Positions 47,194-55,714 of a stretch of DNA of 64,000 nucleotides are shown piece by piece; the stretch's first letter is position 1, and the number at the start of each line of letters is the position of its first letter. Below the pieces are notes generated by a model. The model ran no database searches, had not been told where the DNA came from, and worked only from the letters and a program-made list of their open reading frames with translations. A program made the position numbers and the translations under genes. The stretch comes from Alphaproteobacteria bacterium. Lineage in GTDB: Bacteria; Pseudomonadota; Alphaproteobacteria; MPNO01. The DNA is taken from positions 1,120,001-1,184,000 of the forward strand of contig OZ219866.1 in assembly GCA_964291675.2 (NCBI GenBank), in the 5' to 3' direction.

Positions 47194-47532
47194 ATGGAAG
47201 TCACGGTCGAACGAAATGACGACGTCCTGTCGCTTGGCGTAAAGGGGCGCATCGACTACACCACCGCCCCCGCCTTCGACGAGGCGGTCGAACGCGCGAT
47301 GACGGAAACCGACCGCGCCCTGATCCTGGACTTCGAGGAGGTCGCCTTCATCGGCAGCGCGGGTCTCCGCGTCATTCTGCTCAAGGGGAAGGCGCTGCGG
47401 GATCGGGGTGTCGAACTGGCGCTTTGCGCGCTCTCCGATCCGGTTCGCGGGGTCTTCCAGGTTACCGGCTTCGACCAGCTGTTTCCGATTCACGCGACCG
47501 CGGCGGACGCACGCGCATCGCTCGGCGCCTGA
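47194..47532 (+). CDS. STAS domain anti-sigma factor antagonist
   Basis: GRID..TAP.F, LILDF.EV.FIGSAGLRVIL, VFQVTGF. Confidence 0.92.
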   Translation: MEVTVERNDDVLSLGVKGRIDYTTAPAFDEAVERAMTETDRALILDFEEVAFIGSAGLRVILLKGKALRDRGVELALCALSDPVRGVFQVTGFDQLFPIHATAADARASLGA

Positions 47533-47672
47533 GTCGCCGGGAAGGACCCGCCGTCGGCTATCGGGCGCGACGGTGAAGCCGATCGACCGGCAGGACAGCC
47601 CGGTGGAAGACGTCTGGCGAAGCTTCGAGCGGAGCCGGGGGAGCCCCGCTTCCTGACGGGACGCCCGGCCCG

Positions 47673-48242
47673 CTACCCCGCCCCCGGCGCCGTCCCGCCG
47701 ATCCCCAGCCGCTCCGCGAAGCGGGCGCGCCAGCGCTCGACCGGTTCCGTCGTCGGGTCGGATTCGAGCATCCGCCAGGTGCGCTCGGCGATCTCCGCGT
47801 CGCTCATCGAGAGGTCGAGGTCGCCGGAATAATAGGGCTGGTCGACATGCCAGGGGGTGTCGACGAAGACCTCGGTGCGGTTGCCCTCCGGGTCGTCGCA
47901 ATAGACCGACCATGCGACGCCGTGGTTGACGGTGAGCAGGTTGGCGACCCCGGGCCAGTCCTCGAGCGCCCGGTGGATCTCCCGCAGCCGGTCGAGGTCG
48001 CCCACCTCGAAAGACACGTGGTTGTGGTGGACGCCGTCCCGCGCCGTCCGCCCCTGGTACAGCACGAGCTGATGGTGGTCGCGCGGGTCGGCGCCGAGAA
48101 AGGCGATCTCGCCCCGCCCCTCCAGCGTGCCCCGGTCGGTGACCTCGAGCCCGTAGACGGCGGTGAAGAAGTCCACCATCCGGTCGAGGTCGAAGACGTG
48201 GAACCCGGCATGGCTGAGACGGATCGCCGGTCTTGCGCTCAT
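47673..48242 (-). CDS. VOC family (catechol 2,3-dioxygenase-like) protein
   Basis: SHAGFHV.D, DHHQL, HVSFEV, NHG..WSVY..DPEGN.TE. Confidence 0.88.
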   Translation of the reverse strand: MSARPAIRLSHAGFHVFDLDRMVDFFTAVYGLEVTDRGTLEGRGEIAFLGADPRDHHQLVLYQGRTARDGVHHNHVSFEVGDLDRLREIHRALEDWPGVANLLTVNHGVAWSVYCDDPEGNRTEVFVDTPWHVDQPYYSGDLDLSMSDAEIAERTWRMLESDPTTEPVERWRARFAERLGIGGTAPGAG

Positions 48243-48385
48243 CGGAACCTCCTGTCGTGGCTCGGGCGGATTATCGCGCATCGGGGATGCATCCTCCCAT
48301 GGCCGTTTTGCGGGAGCCCGCCGCGGGGTTGCGCGTCGCCATGTACCGGGCGCGACGCGGCGGTCAACGAACCCGCGCGCCCCGG

Positions 48386-49342
48386 TCAGGACGCGACCAG
48401 GGCGTCGCCGACCATCTCCCGCGCCTCCTCGACGAGCGCCAGCCCCGCGTCGGTCGCGTTCTCGGCCAGGATGTCGATCCATAGCTGACCCTGATAGACC
48501 GCGCGGTGGACGAGGCCGATGCGCCGCGACGGCTCGGGATCGGAGAACCTGAGCAAGCGCAGCTCGGGCGCGGCGGTGCTCTCGCACAGCGCGGCGGTCT
48601 CCGGGATCAGCGTGAGCCCCGCGCCGTTCGCCACCAGCTTCGCCAGGGTCGTCAGCGACCCCGCGCCGCGGCGGACTTCCTGGATGCGCCACATCGAGCA
48701 GGCTCCGAGAACCTGGTCCGCCAGGCAATGGCCCTCCCCGAGCGTCAGCAACGGGCCGATATCGGCTCGCGCCAGATCCGCCGGGTGCGGGTCGCCGTCC
48801 AGCGCGCGCACCGCGGAGAGCCGCCTGGCGCGGCCGGCGAGCAGGAACCGGTCCTCGAACAGCTCCCGTTCCGGCAGCTCCAGCAGTCCGAGCGGCAGCG
48901 AGACGATCGCCGCGTCGAGCCGCCCGGCCAGCAGATGGGTGATCAGATTCTGGCCGGGCCCCTCGGTAACGTTGAGCTCGACGCGCGGCGCGGAGCGTTC
49001 CAGCCGGGCCAGCAGACCCGGCAGCAGATAGGGCGCGAGAGTGGACAGGATACCGACCGAAAACCGCAAGGGGCCCTCTTCGAAGCGCTTGCCCATGGTC
49101 TCCAGCAGCAGCGTTTCGTCGAGGATCCGCAGGGTCTGTTCATGGGCTTCGCGGCCCAGCCGGGTGAGCTGGATGCCGCGGCTCTCGCGCTCCACCACGG
49201 GCCCGCCGAGCGTGGCTTCGAGCTCCCGGATCTGCAGCGACAGGGCGGGCTGCGACACGTGAACGCTCTCGGCCGCGCGGCTGAACGAGCCATGCTCGAT
49301 CAAAGCCCGAAAGTAGCGCAGTTGACGTAAGGTAACCGGCAT
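48386..49342 (-). CDS. oxyR: LysR regulator, OxyR-like
   Basis: LRQLRYF..HVSQPALS HTH; GEGHCLADQVLGAC with Cx8C redox pair. Confidence 0.8.
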   Translation of the reverse strand: MPVTLRQLRYFRALIEHGSFSRAAESVHVSQPALSLQIRELEATLGGPVVERESRGIQLTRLGREAHEQTLRILDETLLLETMGKRFEEGPLRFSVGILSTLAPYLLPGLLARLERSAPRVELNVTEGPGQNLITHLLAGRLDAAIVSLPLGLLELPERELFEDRFLLAGRARRLSAVRALDGDPHPADLARADIGPLLTLGEGHCLADQVLGACSMWRIQEVRRGAGSLTTLAKLVANGAGLTLIPETAALCESTAAPELRLLRFSDPEPSRRIGLVHRAVYQGQLWIDILAENATDAGLALVEEAREMVGDALVAS

Positions 49343-49464
49343 AGCTCCTCTCCTGTGGCGCCTTCGCGCCGCCTTGCTTTCCCGTTCCGGTCCCGGGAGC
49401 CCCCGGACGGGGCTCCCGGTCGCGGATGCGCCTATCAAGGCACCTCATGGATATACGCCGGACG

Positions 49465-49515
49465 ATAAATAAAAAATAATACCGATTTCTTGGAAACTTT
49501 ATAAGAAAATATAAT
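49465..49515. promoter_or_regulatory. AT-rich LysR operator with + strand promoter
   Basis: TTTCTT-N11-AAGAAA dyad (49486-49508); TATAAT at 49510-49515. Confidence 0.6.
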
Positions 49516-49617
49516 GCACCAGCCATTGCGCCCGACGCCGCGGCTCGCGCCGCCCGGTGCGGCGTGGTAAGACCGGCGCCAGGCATCGATCCGCGGCAAG
49601 GCAGAGGGGGTTCCGGC

Positions 49618-50334
49618 ATGAGCGATGTGCTTCAGGCGATGCGCGACGTGGTGGTCGCCAACCGCATCCTGGCCCGCGAGGGGGTGGTCGATGCCTACGG
49701 CCATGTCAGCGTGCGCCATCCCGACAACCCGGGACGCTATCTGATGTCGTGCTCGCGCTCGCCGGAGCTGGTCACCCTCGACGACATCATGGAGTTCACC
49801 CTGGACGGCGAGCCGGTGGACGACTCGGGCCGGGTGCCCTACGCCGAGCGCTTCATCCACGGCGCGATCTTCGAGAACCGGCCCGACGTCAATTCCGTGG
49901 TCCACAACCACTCGCACGCGGTCATCCCCTTCGGGGTGACCGGGGTCAAGCTCAGGCCGATCATCCATGTCGGCTCGGCGATCGGCGCCGACATCCCGGT
50001 CTGGGACATTCGCGACCGGTTCGGCGACACCAACCTGCTGGTGGTCGACATGGAACAGGGGCGCGACCTCGCCGACTGTCTCGGCGACAACCGGGTGGCG
50101 CTGATGCGTGGCCATGGCTGCGCGGTGGCGGGCGGCTCGCACCAGCAATCGGTGATGACGTCGGTCTACCTCCAGGTCGCGGCCGAGCTGCAGGCCGCGG
50201 CGATGCGGATGGGCGAGGTGACCTATCTGTCGGATGCCGAGATCGAGCACTGCTCGGCCACCTTCACCAGCGAGATATCGGTCAACCGGGCGTGGCAGTA
50301 TCTCCGCCACCGCGCCGGCGTGACCGATTTCTAG
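49618..50334 (+). CDS. Class II aldolase/adducin family protein
   Basis: DAYGHVSVRHP, ERFIHG.I, VVHNHS, LMRGHG. Confidence 0.92.
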   Translation: MSDVLQAMRDVVVANRILAREGVVDAYGHVSVRHPDNPGRYLMSCSRSPELVTLDDIMEFTLDGEPVDDSGRVPYAERFIHGAIFENRPDVNSVVHNHSHAVIPFGVTGVKLRPIIHVGSAIGADIPVWDIRDRFGDTNLLVVDMEQGRDLADCLGDNRVALMRGHGCAVAGGSHQQSVMTSVYLQVAAELQAAAMRMGEVTYLSDAEIEHCSATFTSEISVNRAWQYLRHRAGVTDF

Positions 50335-50343
50335 GAGGCCTCG

Positions 50344-50862
50344 ATGGCCGGGCCGAGCCGCGAGATCGCCGCCGCGATCGCCGAGCAGGCGGCGCAGTCG
50401 GGGATCGAGCTGGTCGCCAGCCTGCCGGACGGCTGGATCGCCGCGCTGATCGAGGCATTCGAGGCCGACCCGCGGTTCGACCACATCCCGGTCAACCGCG
50501 AGGAATCGGCGATCGGGCTGTGCTCGGGCGCGTTCTTCGGCGGCAAGGGCTCGCTCGCCCTGATGGGCGCGTCCGGGCTGATGACCTGCATCTACGCGAT
50601 CACCAAGATCAACTACACCTACATGGTGCCGATGACGATCTTCATAACCATGCGGGGGCGGCTCGGCGACCGCGCCAAGTTCCACGTCTCGAACGGGCTC
50701 TATCTGGAGCCCGTCATGCGCTCGATCGACCTGCCCTACACGGTGATCGAGCGGCCGGACCAGCTCGGCGAGATCCGCCGCGCCGAGGCCCATTCGCGGA
50801 CCATCTCGCGCCCCGTGGTGGTGGGCTTCACCCGCGACCTGCTGTACGGGGAGAGCGGCTGA
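50344..50862 (+). CDS. Split ThDP decarboxylase alpha subunit (ComD-like), second copy
   Basis: SLPDGW, VNREESAIGLCSG, MRG. Confidence 0.82.
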   Translation: MAGPSREIAAAIAEQAAQSGIELVASLPDGWIAALIEAFEADPRFDHIPVNREESAIGLCSGAFFGGKGSLALMGASGLMTCIYAITKINYTYMVPMTIFITMRGRLGDRAKFHVSNGLYLEPVMRSIDLPYTVIERPDQLGEIRRAEAHSRTISRPVVVGFTRDLLYGESG

Positions 50863-51464
50863 TGGCGATGCAGATGGAGGCCTGTTTCGCCCATCTGGTC
50901 GAGCGCTGGACCGACGAAGTCGTGGTCACCTCGGCCGGCAACGCCTCCGAGATGTGGTGGAAGCTCACCGGCGAAACGGAGAAGGTGTTTTACCTCGAAG
51001 CCTCGATGAGCCTCGCCTCGCTGTTCGCCGCCGGCATCGCCTACGGCATCCCGCGGGCCAATGTGTGGGCGTTCTCGGGCGACGGGGCGTTCCTGATGAA
51101 CCCCGGCATGCTGACGGTGGAGCGCCGGCTGGGGCTGCCCAACCTGACGCATTTCCTTCTCGACAACGGGGTCTACGGCGCGACCTTCGAGATCGGCATG
51201 TCGGATGCGGGCGAGACCGACTACGCCGCGCTGGCGCGCGCCTGCGGGCTTCAGAACGTGTTCCGTTTCGGAACGCTCGGCGAGCTGAGCGACGGCATGG
51301 ACGAGGTCGAGCGGGTCAACGGCGAGGCCTTCGTGGTGCTCGACGTCGAGCCGCACGGCTCCGCCCTGCCGGACCCGCCGATGGACGGCCCGGAATGCAA
51401 GTTCCGCTTCGGCCGCCATCTCGAGCGCACCTACGGCGTGAGGATCTTCGACGCCCGGGTCTGA
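50862..51464 (+). CDS. Split ThDP decarboxylase beta subunit (ComE-like), second copy
   Basis: ASMSLAS, SGDGAFLMN, LDNGVY. Confidence 0.82.
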   Translation: MAMQMEACFAHLVERWTDEVVVTSAGNASEMWWKLTGETEKVFYLEASMSLASLFAAGIAYGIPRANVWAFSGDGAFLMNPGMLTVERRLGLPNLTHFLLDNGVYGATFEIGMSDAGETDYAALARACGLQNVFRFGTLGELSDGMDEVERVNGEAFVVLDVEPHGSALPDPPMDGPECKFRFGRHLERTYGVRIFDARV

Positions 51465-51473
51465 GGCGGACGC

Positions 51474-52592
51474 ATGAAGATCGCCCGTATCGAGGCCATC
51501 CCGCTCGCAATCCCGCACGACCATGGCGGGCCGCCGCCCTCCTGGGGCGGGCAGGAATGGGACGGGCTCACCATCCTGCTGGTGCGCATCGACACCGAGG
51601 ACGGGGCGACCGGCTGGGGCGAGGCGTTCAGCTACAATTGCATGCCGGCCGTCAAGGCGGTCGTCGAGGCGACGGTGGCGCCGATACTCATCGGGCGCGA
51701 CGCGAGCGACATCGCGGCGATCAACCGCGACCTCCAGCAGGCGCTGCATCTCTTCGGGCGCTACGGCATCACCCTGTTCGGCATCTCGGCGGTCGACATC
51801 GCGCTCTGGGACCTCGCCGGCAAGCGGGCGGGGCTGCCGCTCGGCCGGCTGCTCGGCGGGCCCGCCGAACCGCCTTTGGTGCCGGGCTATGCCAGCCTGT
51901 TCAGGTACCGCGACCGGGAGCTGGTCGCGGAGACCGCGCGCGCGGCGCTCGCCGAAGGCTATCCTGCGATCAAGCTGCACGAGACCGAAGAGCCCGAGAT
52001 CGCCGCGGCGCGGGCGGCGATGGGGGGCGGCGTGCCGCTCTCGGTCGACGTGAACTGCCCCTGGACGCCAGGCGAGGCGCGGGCGATGGCCGCCCGGCTC
52101 AAGCCCTACCACCTGCACTGGCTGGAGGAGCCGATCTTCCCGCCCGAGGATTTTTCCGCCCTCGCCCGGCTCCAGCGCGAATCCGGGATCGACCTCGCCT
52201 GCGGCGAGAACGCGTCGACGTCCTTCGAGTTCCAGAGCCTGCTGGAAGCGGGGGCGGCGCGCTACGTCCAGCCGAGCGTTACCAAGCTCGGCGGGGCGAC
52301 CGAGTTCCTCAAGGTGCTGGCGCTCGCCGAGGCCCACGGCGCGGCCGTCATGCCGCACTCCCCCTATTTCGGGCCGGGCTGGCTCGCCACCCTCCAACTC
52401 GTCGGCGCCATGCCGCTCACCGGCCGCCCCGGCGGTGCCTGGATCGAGCGCTTCTACACGAAGCTGGAGGCGACGCTCTACCCGGGCCTGGTCTCGCCGG
52501 TCGAGGGCGGCAAGTTCCGCATCCCCACCGGCCCCGGCCTCGGCGCCGAGCCCGACCCGGACGCGATCCGCGACTACCGGGTGGCGGGGTAG
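51474..52592 (+). CDS. Mandelate racemase/muconate lactonizing enzyme family
   Basis: GWGEA, SAVDIALWD, KLH, VDVN, WLEEP, GEN, MPH. Confidence 0.92.
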   Translation: MKIARIEAIPLAIPHDHGGPPPSWGGQEWDGLTILLVRIDTEDGATGWGEAFSYNCMPAVKAVVEATVAPILIGRDASDIAAINRDLQQALHLFGRYGITLFGISAVDIALWDLAGKRAGLPLGRLLGGPAEPPLVPGYASLFRYRDRELVAETARAALAEGYPAIKLHETEEPEIAAARAAMGGGVPLSVDVNCPWTPGEARAMAARLKPYHLHWLEEPIFPPEDFSALARLQRESGIDLACGENASTSFEFQSLLEAGAARYVQPSVTKLGGATEFLKVLALAEAHGAAVMPHSPYFGPGWLATLQLVGAMPLTGRPGGAWIERFYTKLEATLYPGLVSPVEGGKFRIPTGPGLGAEPDPDAIRDYRVAG

Positions 52593-52630
52593 GGCAGGGC
52601 CGTCCGGGACGGAACCGATGCGGCGTGGCG

Positions 52631-52726
52631 CCCCTCGATACGGCGCTCCCGCGCCTACTCGGGATGAGGCTTTTTTCCTCACCTTCCTCATCCTGAGTCG
52701 CCGCACAGCCGCGTATCGGAGGACGC
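52631..52726. repeat. Inverted doublet of REP-like element (CTCATCCTGAG...TATCGAAGG family), copy 1
   Basis: Left arm 52631-52669 and right arm 52686-52726 are reverse complements and similar to 61478-61586. Confidence 0.8.
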
Positions 52727-52895
52727 ACCTCCGCCGCTTCGGCCCTTCCAAGCAAGATGGACAGGCTCCCGGGAAGCAGTGCCGGAGGCCCTTCACCTGC
52801 GACGATGCGACGCATTGCGGGTCCGGCCCGAACCGGTCAACGCTGCGCATCGTCACGACCCGAACCGGCGGCTGTTTCGGGTCTCGGAGTGTCGG

Positions 52896-53453
52896 ATGGC
52901 CGAGAGCAACGGCGAGGCGAAGACCGACAGCGCCGTGGACGTTCGGTCCCATTCAACCCGTGCGGCCCGCCGCGATCGCGCCGGCTGGATCGTGTTCGGC
53001 GCGGTGTCGGTCCTTTGGCTGCCCGCCACCTTCGCTCTGCTCGGTAACGAATGGTATGGCGGTCCGCGGGTCGATCCCGCCGGTCAACTCAAGGTCGTGG
53101 CACTCTTCACCCTCGCGGGCCTCCCGCTGGCTCTTGCTTGCGGTTTGATTTGCTGGGCAGGCTCTCCCGGCGGCGCGTGGGCGCTGCTGGCCACTCTTGG
53201 GACCTTTGTCTTCATCTGGAGTGTGGGCGTACTCGTCGCCTTCAGCAAAGACGGTCATGCGCCATTGGGGCGCACCGCGTTGGCCGTTGGCTTGGGTACG
53301 GCGGCCATCAGCCTGCCGATCTGGCTCGGATACGCCATTTGGCGCGTCGCTCGGTATTGGGAGCGCCGGGCGGCGGATGCCGGTTCCGGCAAGCATAGCG
53401 GGCTCGGATGGGAGCCGCGGAACCGGTCGGGCGATCCCGGTGAAGGCGCCTAG
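52896..53453 (+). CDS. Hypothetical membrane protein (about 4 TM)
   Basis: Several hydrophobic stretches; possible RBS GGAG; less GC-biased codons. Confidence 0.55.
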   Translation: MAESNGEAKTDSAVDVRSHSTRAARRDRAGWIVFGAVSVLWLPATFALLGNEWYGGPRVDPAGQLKVVALFTLAGLPLALACGLICWAGSPGGAWALLATLGTFVFIWSVGVLVAFSKDGHAPLGRTALAVGLGTAAISLPIWLGYAIWRVARYWERRAADAGSGKHSGLGWEPRNRSGDPGEGA

Positions 53454-53482
53454 CCGCGATCTCTCAACAGGTTATCCCCAAC

Positions 53483-53514
53483 GTCATGGCCGGACTCGTT
53501 CCGGCCATCCACGC
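53483..53514. repeat. REP-like element GTCATGGCCGG...CCGGCCATCCAC
   Basis: Hairpin ATGGCCGGA-ctcgt-TCCGGCCAT; same GTCATG/CATGAC family as 63734-63810. Confidence 0.7.
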
Positions 53515-53624
53515 GGTTGCCCGGCGGCGGGCGGGCTCCGACGACAGAGCTATCTGAAACAAGTCTGGAAATGGCGGGGGAAGGGACGCCGCATCGCTCG
53601 GCAGAGAACTTCGGAACCGGGACC

Positions 53625-54143
53625 CTAAACCGGAAATACCAGGCAGTTGTTGATCACCACCGAGTCGTAGACGCAGCGGCGCTCGGCGAGCAGGAGGCGG
53701 CCGTCGACGCGCTCGAAGAGGTCGTAGTACTTGCCGACCTGCTGGATGCGGCTCGGCTCCTCGACCAGAGTCTCCAGCAGCAGGTAGTTGGCCTCGGCGC
53801 GGATGGTCTGCCCCGACACCTCGTGCACCCGGACGTTGTTGATCTGCAAGTTCAGGTAGCGCGGGGCGTACATCTCGGTGTTGCGCAGCGCGAACGCGCG
53901 GTCCTTGAGCATGCCCTTGCCCTCGCAATAGACGAGGCCCAAGGGCAGGCCCGACTCATGGTTGTCGCGCGCGACGATGCAGTAGAACGCGTCGTCGGTG
54001 AAGAACTCGCACCACTGCTCGACCTCGCCGCGCTCCAGCGCGTCGGCGTAGTCGAAGTGGAACTCCTCGATCTCCAGCCTGAGGTCGCGGAACGCGGTGC
54101 GGTCGGCCCGCGCCGCGCGCACCCCCGCCGCGGTCTCGCTCAC
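53625..54143 (-). CDS. Aromatic ring-hydroxylating oxygenase small subunit (NagH/AndAd-like)
   Basis: YCEGKGMLKDR, CVYDS.VI..CLVFPV; GTG overlaps large-subunit stop. Confidence 0.9.
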   Translation of the reverse strand: MSETAAGVRAARADRTAFRDLRLEIEEFHFDYADALERGEVEQWCEFFTDDAFYCIVARDNHESGLPLGLVYCEGKGMLKDRAFALRNTEMYAPRYLNLQINNVRVHEVSGQTIRAEANYLLLETLVEEPSRIQQVGKYYDLFERVDGRLLLAERRCVYDSVVINNCLVFPV

Positions 54144-55411
54144 AGCGCCATCGCCTCGCGGTAGTAGCGGTACATGGCGCGGATCGCGCGCTCGGTGATG
54201 ATGGTGTCCGTCTCCTCCGCGTCGTCGCCCAACAGCGCGAGCCCGACCCGAGGCATCGAGCGCCTGAGCCCGTCCTGGACGAATTTGAGCGCCTCGTTGT
54301 CCTCGATCCCCAGGAACCCGCCGGGGCCGAAGATGTTGTTCTGGCGCAGCCGGTGCCGCGTCATCGCCTCGTCGTCCGTCGCGCGGCCGAACACCGCCCA
54401 GATCATCATCAGCTCGTTCGGCCCGCGCGGCACGATGAGCCGGGTGTTCAAGATGTTGGTCTGGCGCAGCGCCGTCATATTGGGCCAGATCGTCATCGCC
54501 GCGCCGGACCACGAGGAGTCGAACTCGCGGACGAAGTCGAGCACGCTCTCGTCGTTGAGCCTGAGCCCTTCGCGATAGGCCTGGATCTGCGCCTGGTCCT
54601 CCTCGCTCACGTCGGGGCGGCCCTGCGGGCGGCGCGAGAGCAGCGCGCTGTGGCGCCCGACGGGATCGACCAGGATGTCGGACTCGTTGCTGGTCACGAA
54701 CAGCCCGAAGGTCGTGAGGTAGGTGTGCAGCAGCGTCGCGTGGTAGGGGTCCTTGAGGTTCTCCTGGTACAGCTTCCAGTTGCCCGGCAGGATGTTGCGG
54801 TGGAGCCCGAGCAGCACCTGCTCGGTGCCGTCGAAGATGATGTCGAACTGTTCGCGGATCTCGGGGCCGAGATAGTCCTCGACCGGCTCCATGTCCTCGC
54901 AGGCGGTGGCGAAGATCACGCCGCGATAGGCCGACGCCTTGAACTTCCTGAGCCCGTGCTCGGCCATGTCGAAGCCGGGCGGCATGCCCCCCTTGCCCTT
55001 CACCCCGCGGCGGAACGGCACCGCCACCAGATCGCCCGCGAGGTCGTAGGTCCAGTTGTGGTAGGGGCAGACGAAGCGCTCGGTATTGCCGCGGTATTCG
55101 CGGCAGTACTCGGCGCCGCGATGGGCGCAGCGGTTCTCGAACACGTGGACTCCGCGGTCGGCGTCGCGGGTGACCACCACCGGCACCTCGCCGACATAGG
55201 AGCGGATGTAGTCGCCCGGCTTCGGCACCTCGCATTCGAGGCCGACGAAGTTCCAGTGCCGGCCGAAGAAGATGCGCTCCTGCTCGCGGGCATAGATCCA
55301 CGCGTCGGTATAGACCCAGTCCGGCACCTGCGTTTCGTCATTCGGCCAGGCCAGCTCGGCCGGCGCCGTGGCGCCGTTGCCGTTGGCCGGAAAACGGTTC
55401 GTTCCGTCCAT
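54140..55411 (-). CDS. Aromatic ring-hydroxylating oxygenase large subunit (salicylate 5-hydroxylase NagG-like group)
   Basis: NRCAHRG..CPYHNWTY; GNWKLYQENLKDPYHATLLH; FGPGG...ED. Confidence 0.9.
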   Translation of the reverse strand: MDGTNRFPANGNGATAPAELAWPNDETQVPDWVYTDAWIYAREQERIFFGRHWNFVGLECEVPKPGDYIRSYVGEVPVVVTRDADRGVHVFENRCAHRGAEYCREYRGNTERFVCPYHNWTYDLAGDLVAVPFRRGVKGKGGMPPGFDMAEHGLRKFKASAYRGVIFATACEDMEPVEDYLGPEIREQFDIIFDGTEQVLLGLHRNILPGNWKLYQENLKDPYHATLLHTYLTTFGLFVTSNESDILVDPVGRHSALLSRRPQGRPDVSEEDQAQIQAYREGLRLNDESVLDFVREFDSSWSGAAMTIWPNMTALRQTNILNTRLIVPRGPNELMMIWAVFGRATDDEAMTRHRLRQNNIFGPGGFLGIEDNEALKFVQDGLRRSMPRVGLALLGDDAEETDTIITERAIRAMYRYYREAMAL

Positions 55412-55537
55412 GCCCCGTCTCCTGCTTGCGGGTTGGAGTATCCGCCGGATGGGGCGCGCTCGCAAGCCGCGGGCGAAAGGGTGTCCCTGCCCGGATCGAA
55501 GCGACGGAACGCCGTGTCGGCGGGTTCGCTCCGCCGG

Positions 55538-55672
55538 TCAGTTCTTCCTGGGCGGTGGTGGCGGAGGGGGCGGAGGTTTGGCGGCGCCCGGCGGCTTGGG
55601 CGATACGCCTTTCTCCAATGGTACGGAACCCGGACCTCGTCTTGAAGGCGGGGGCGTGGGCTCCTTGGCCAT
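55538..55672 (-). CDS. 44-aa proline-rich peptide MAKEPTPPPSRRGPGSVPLEKGVSPKPPGAAKPPPPPPPPPRKN (not in ORF track)
   Basis: AAGGAG RBS 6 nt before ATG; nine consecutive Pro using all four CCN codons; GC hairpin after TGA. Confidence 0.65.
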   Translation of the reverse strand: MAKEPTPPPSRRGPGSVPLEKGVSPKPPGAAKPPPPPPPPPRKN

Positions 55673-55714
55673 GACTTGCTCCTTGTGCTGCCCGTTGGAT
55701 TCCGGTTCTTCGGT

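Noticed and set aside
52801-52884. Inverted repeats GACGATGCG...CGCATCGTC and GACCCGAA...TTCGGGTC upstream of the orphan membrane gene
   Set aside because: Short stems of this kind are expected by chance at this GC content; no recognisable RNA family
53461-53480. DnaA-box-like TTATCCCCA (8/9) preceded by CTCTCAACA
   Set aside because: Only one good box, adjacent to a REP element and far from dnaA; insufficient for an origin or datA call
53545-53565. GAGCTATCTGAAACAAG resembling an IS5-family end
   Set aside because: No matching inverted partner or transposase found in the window
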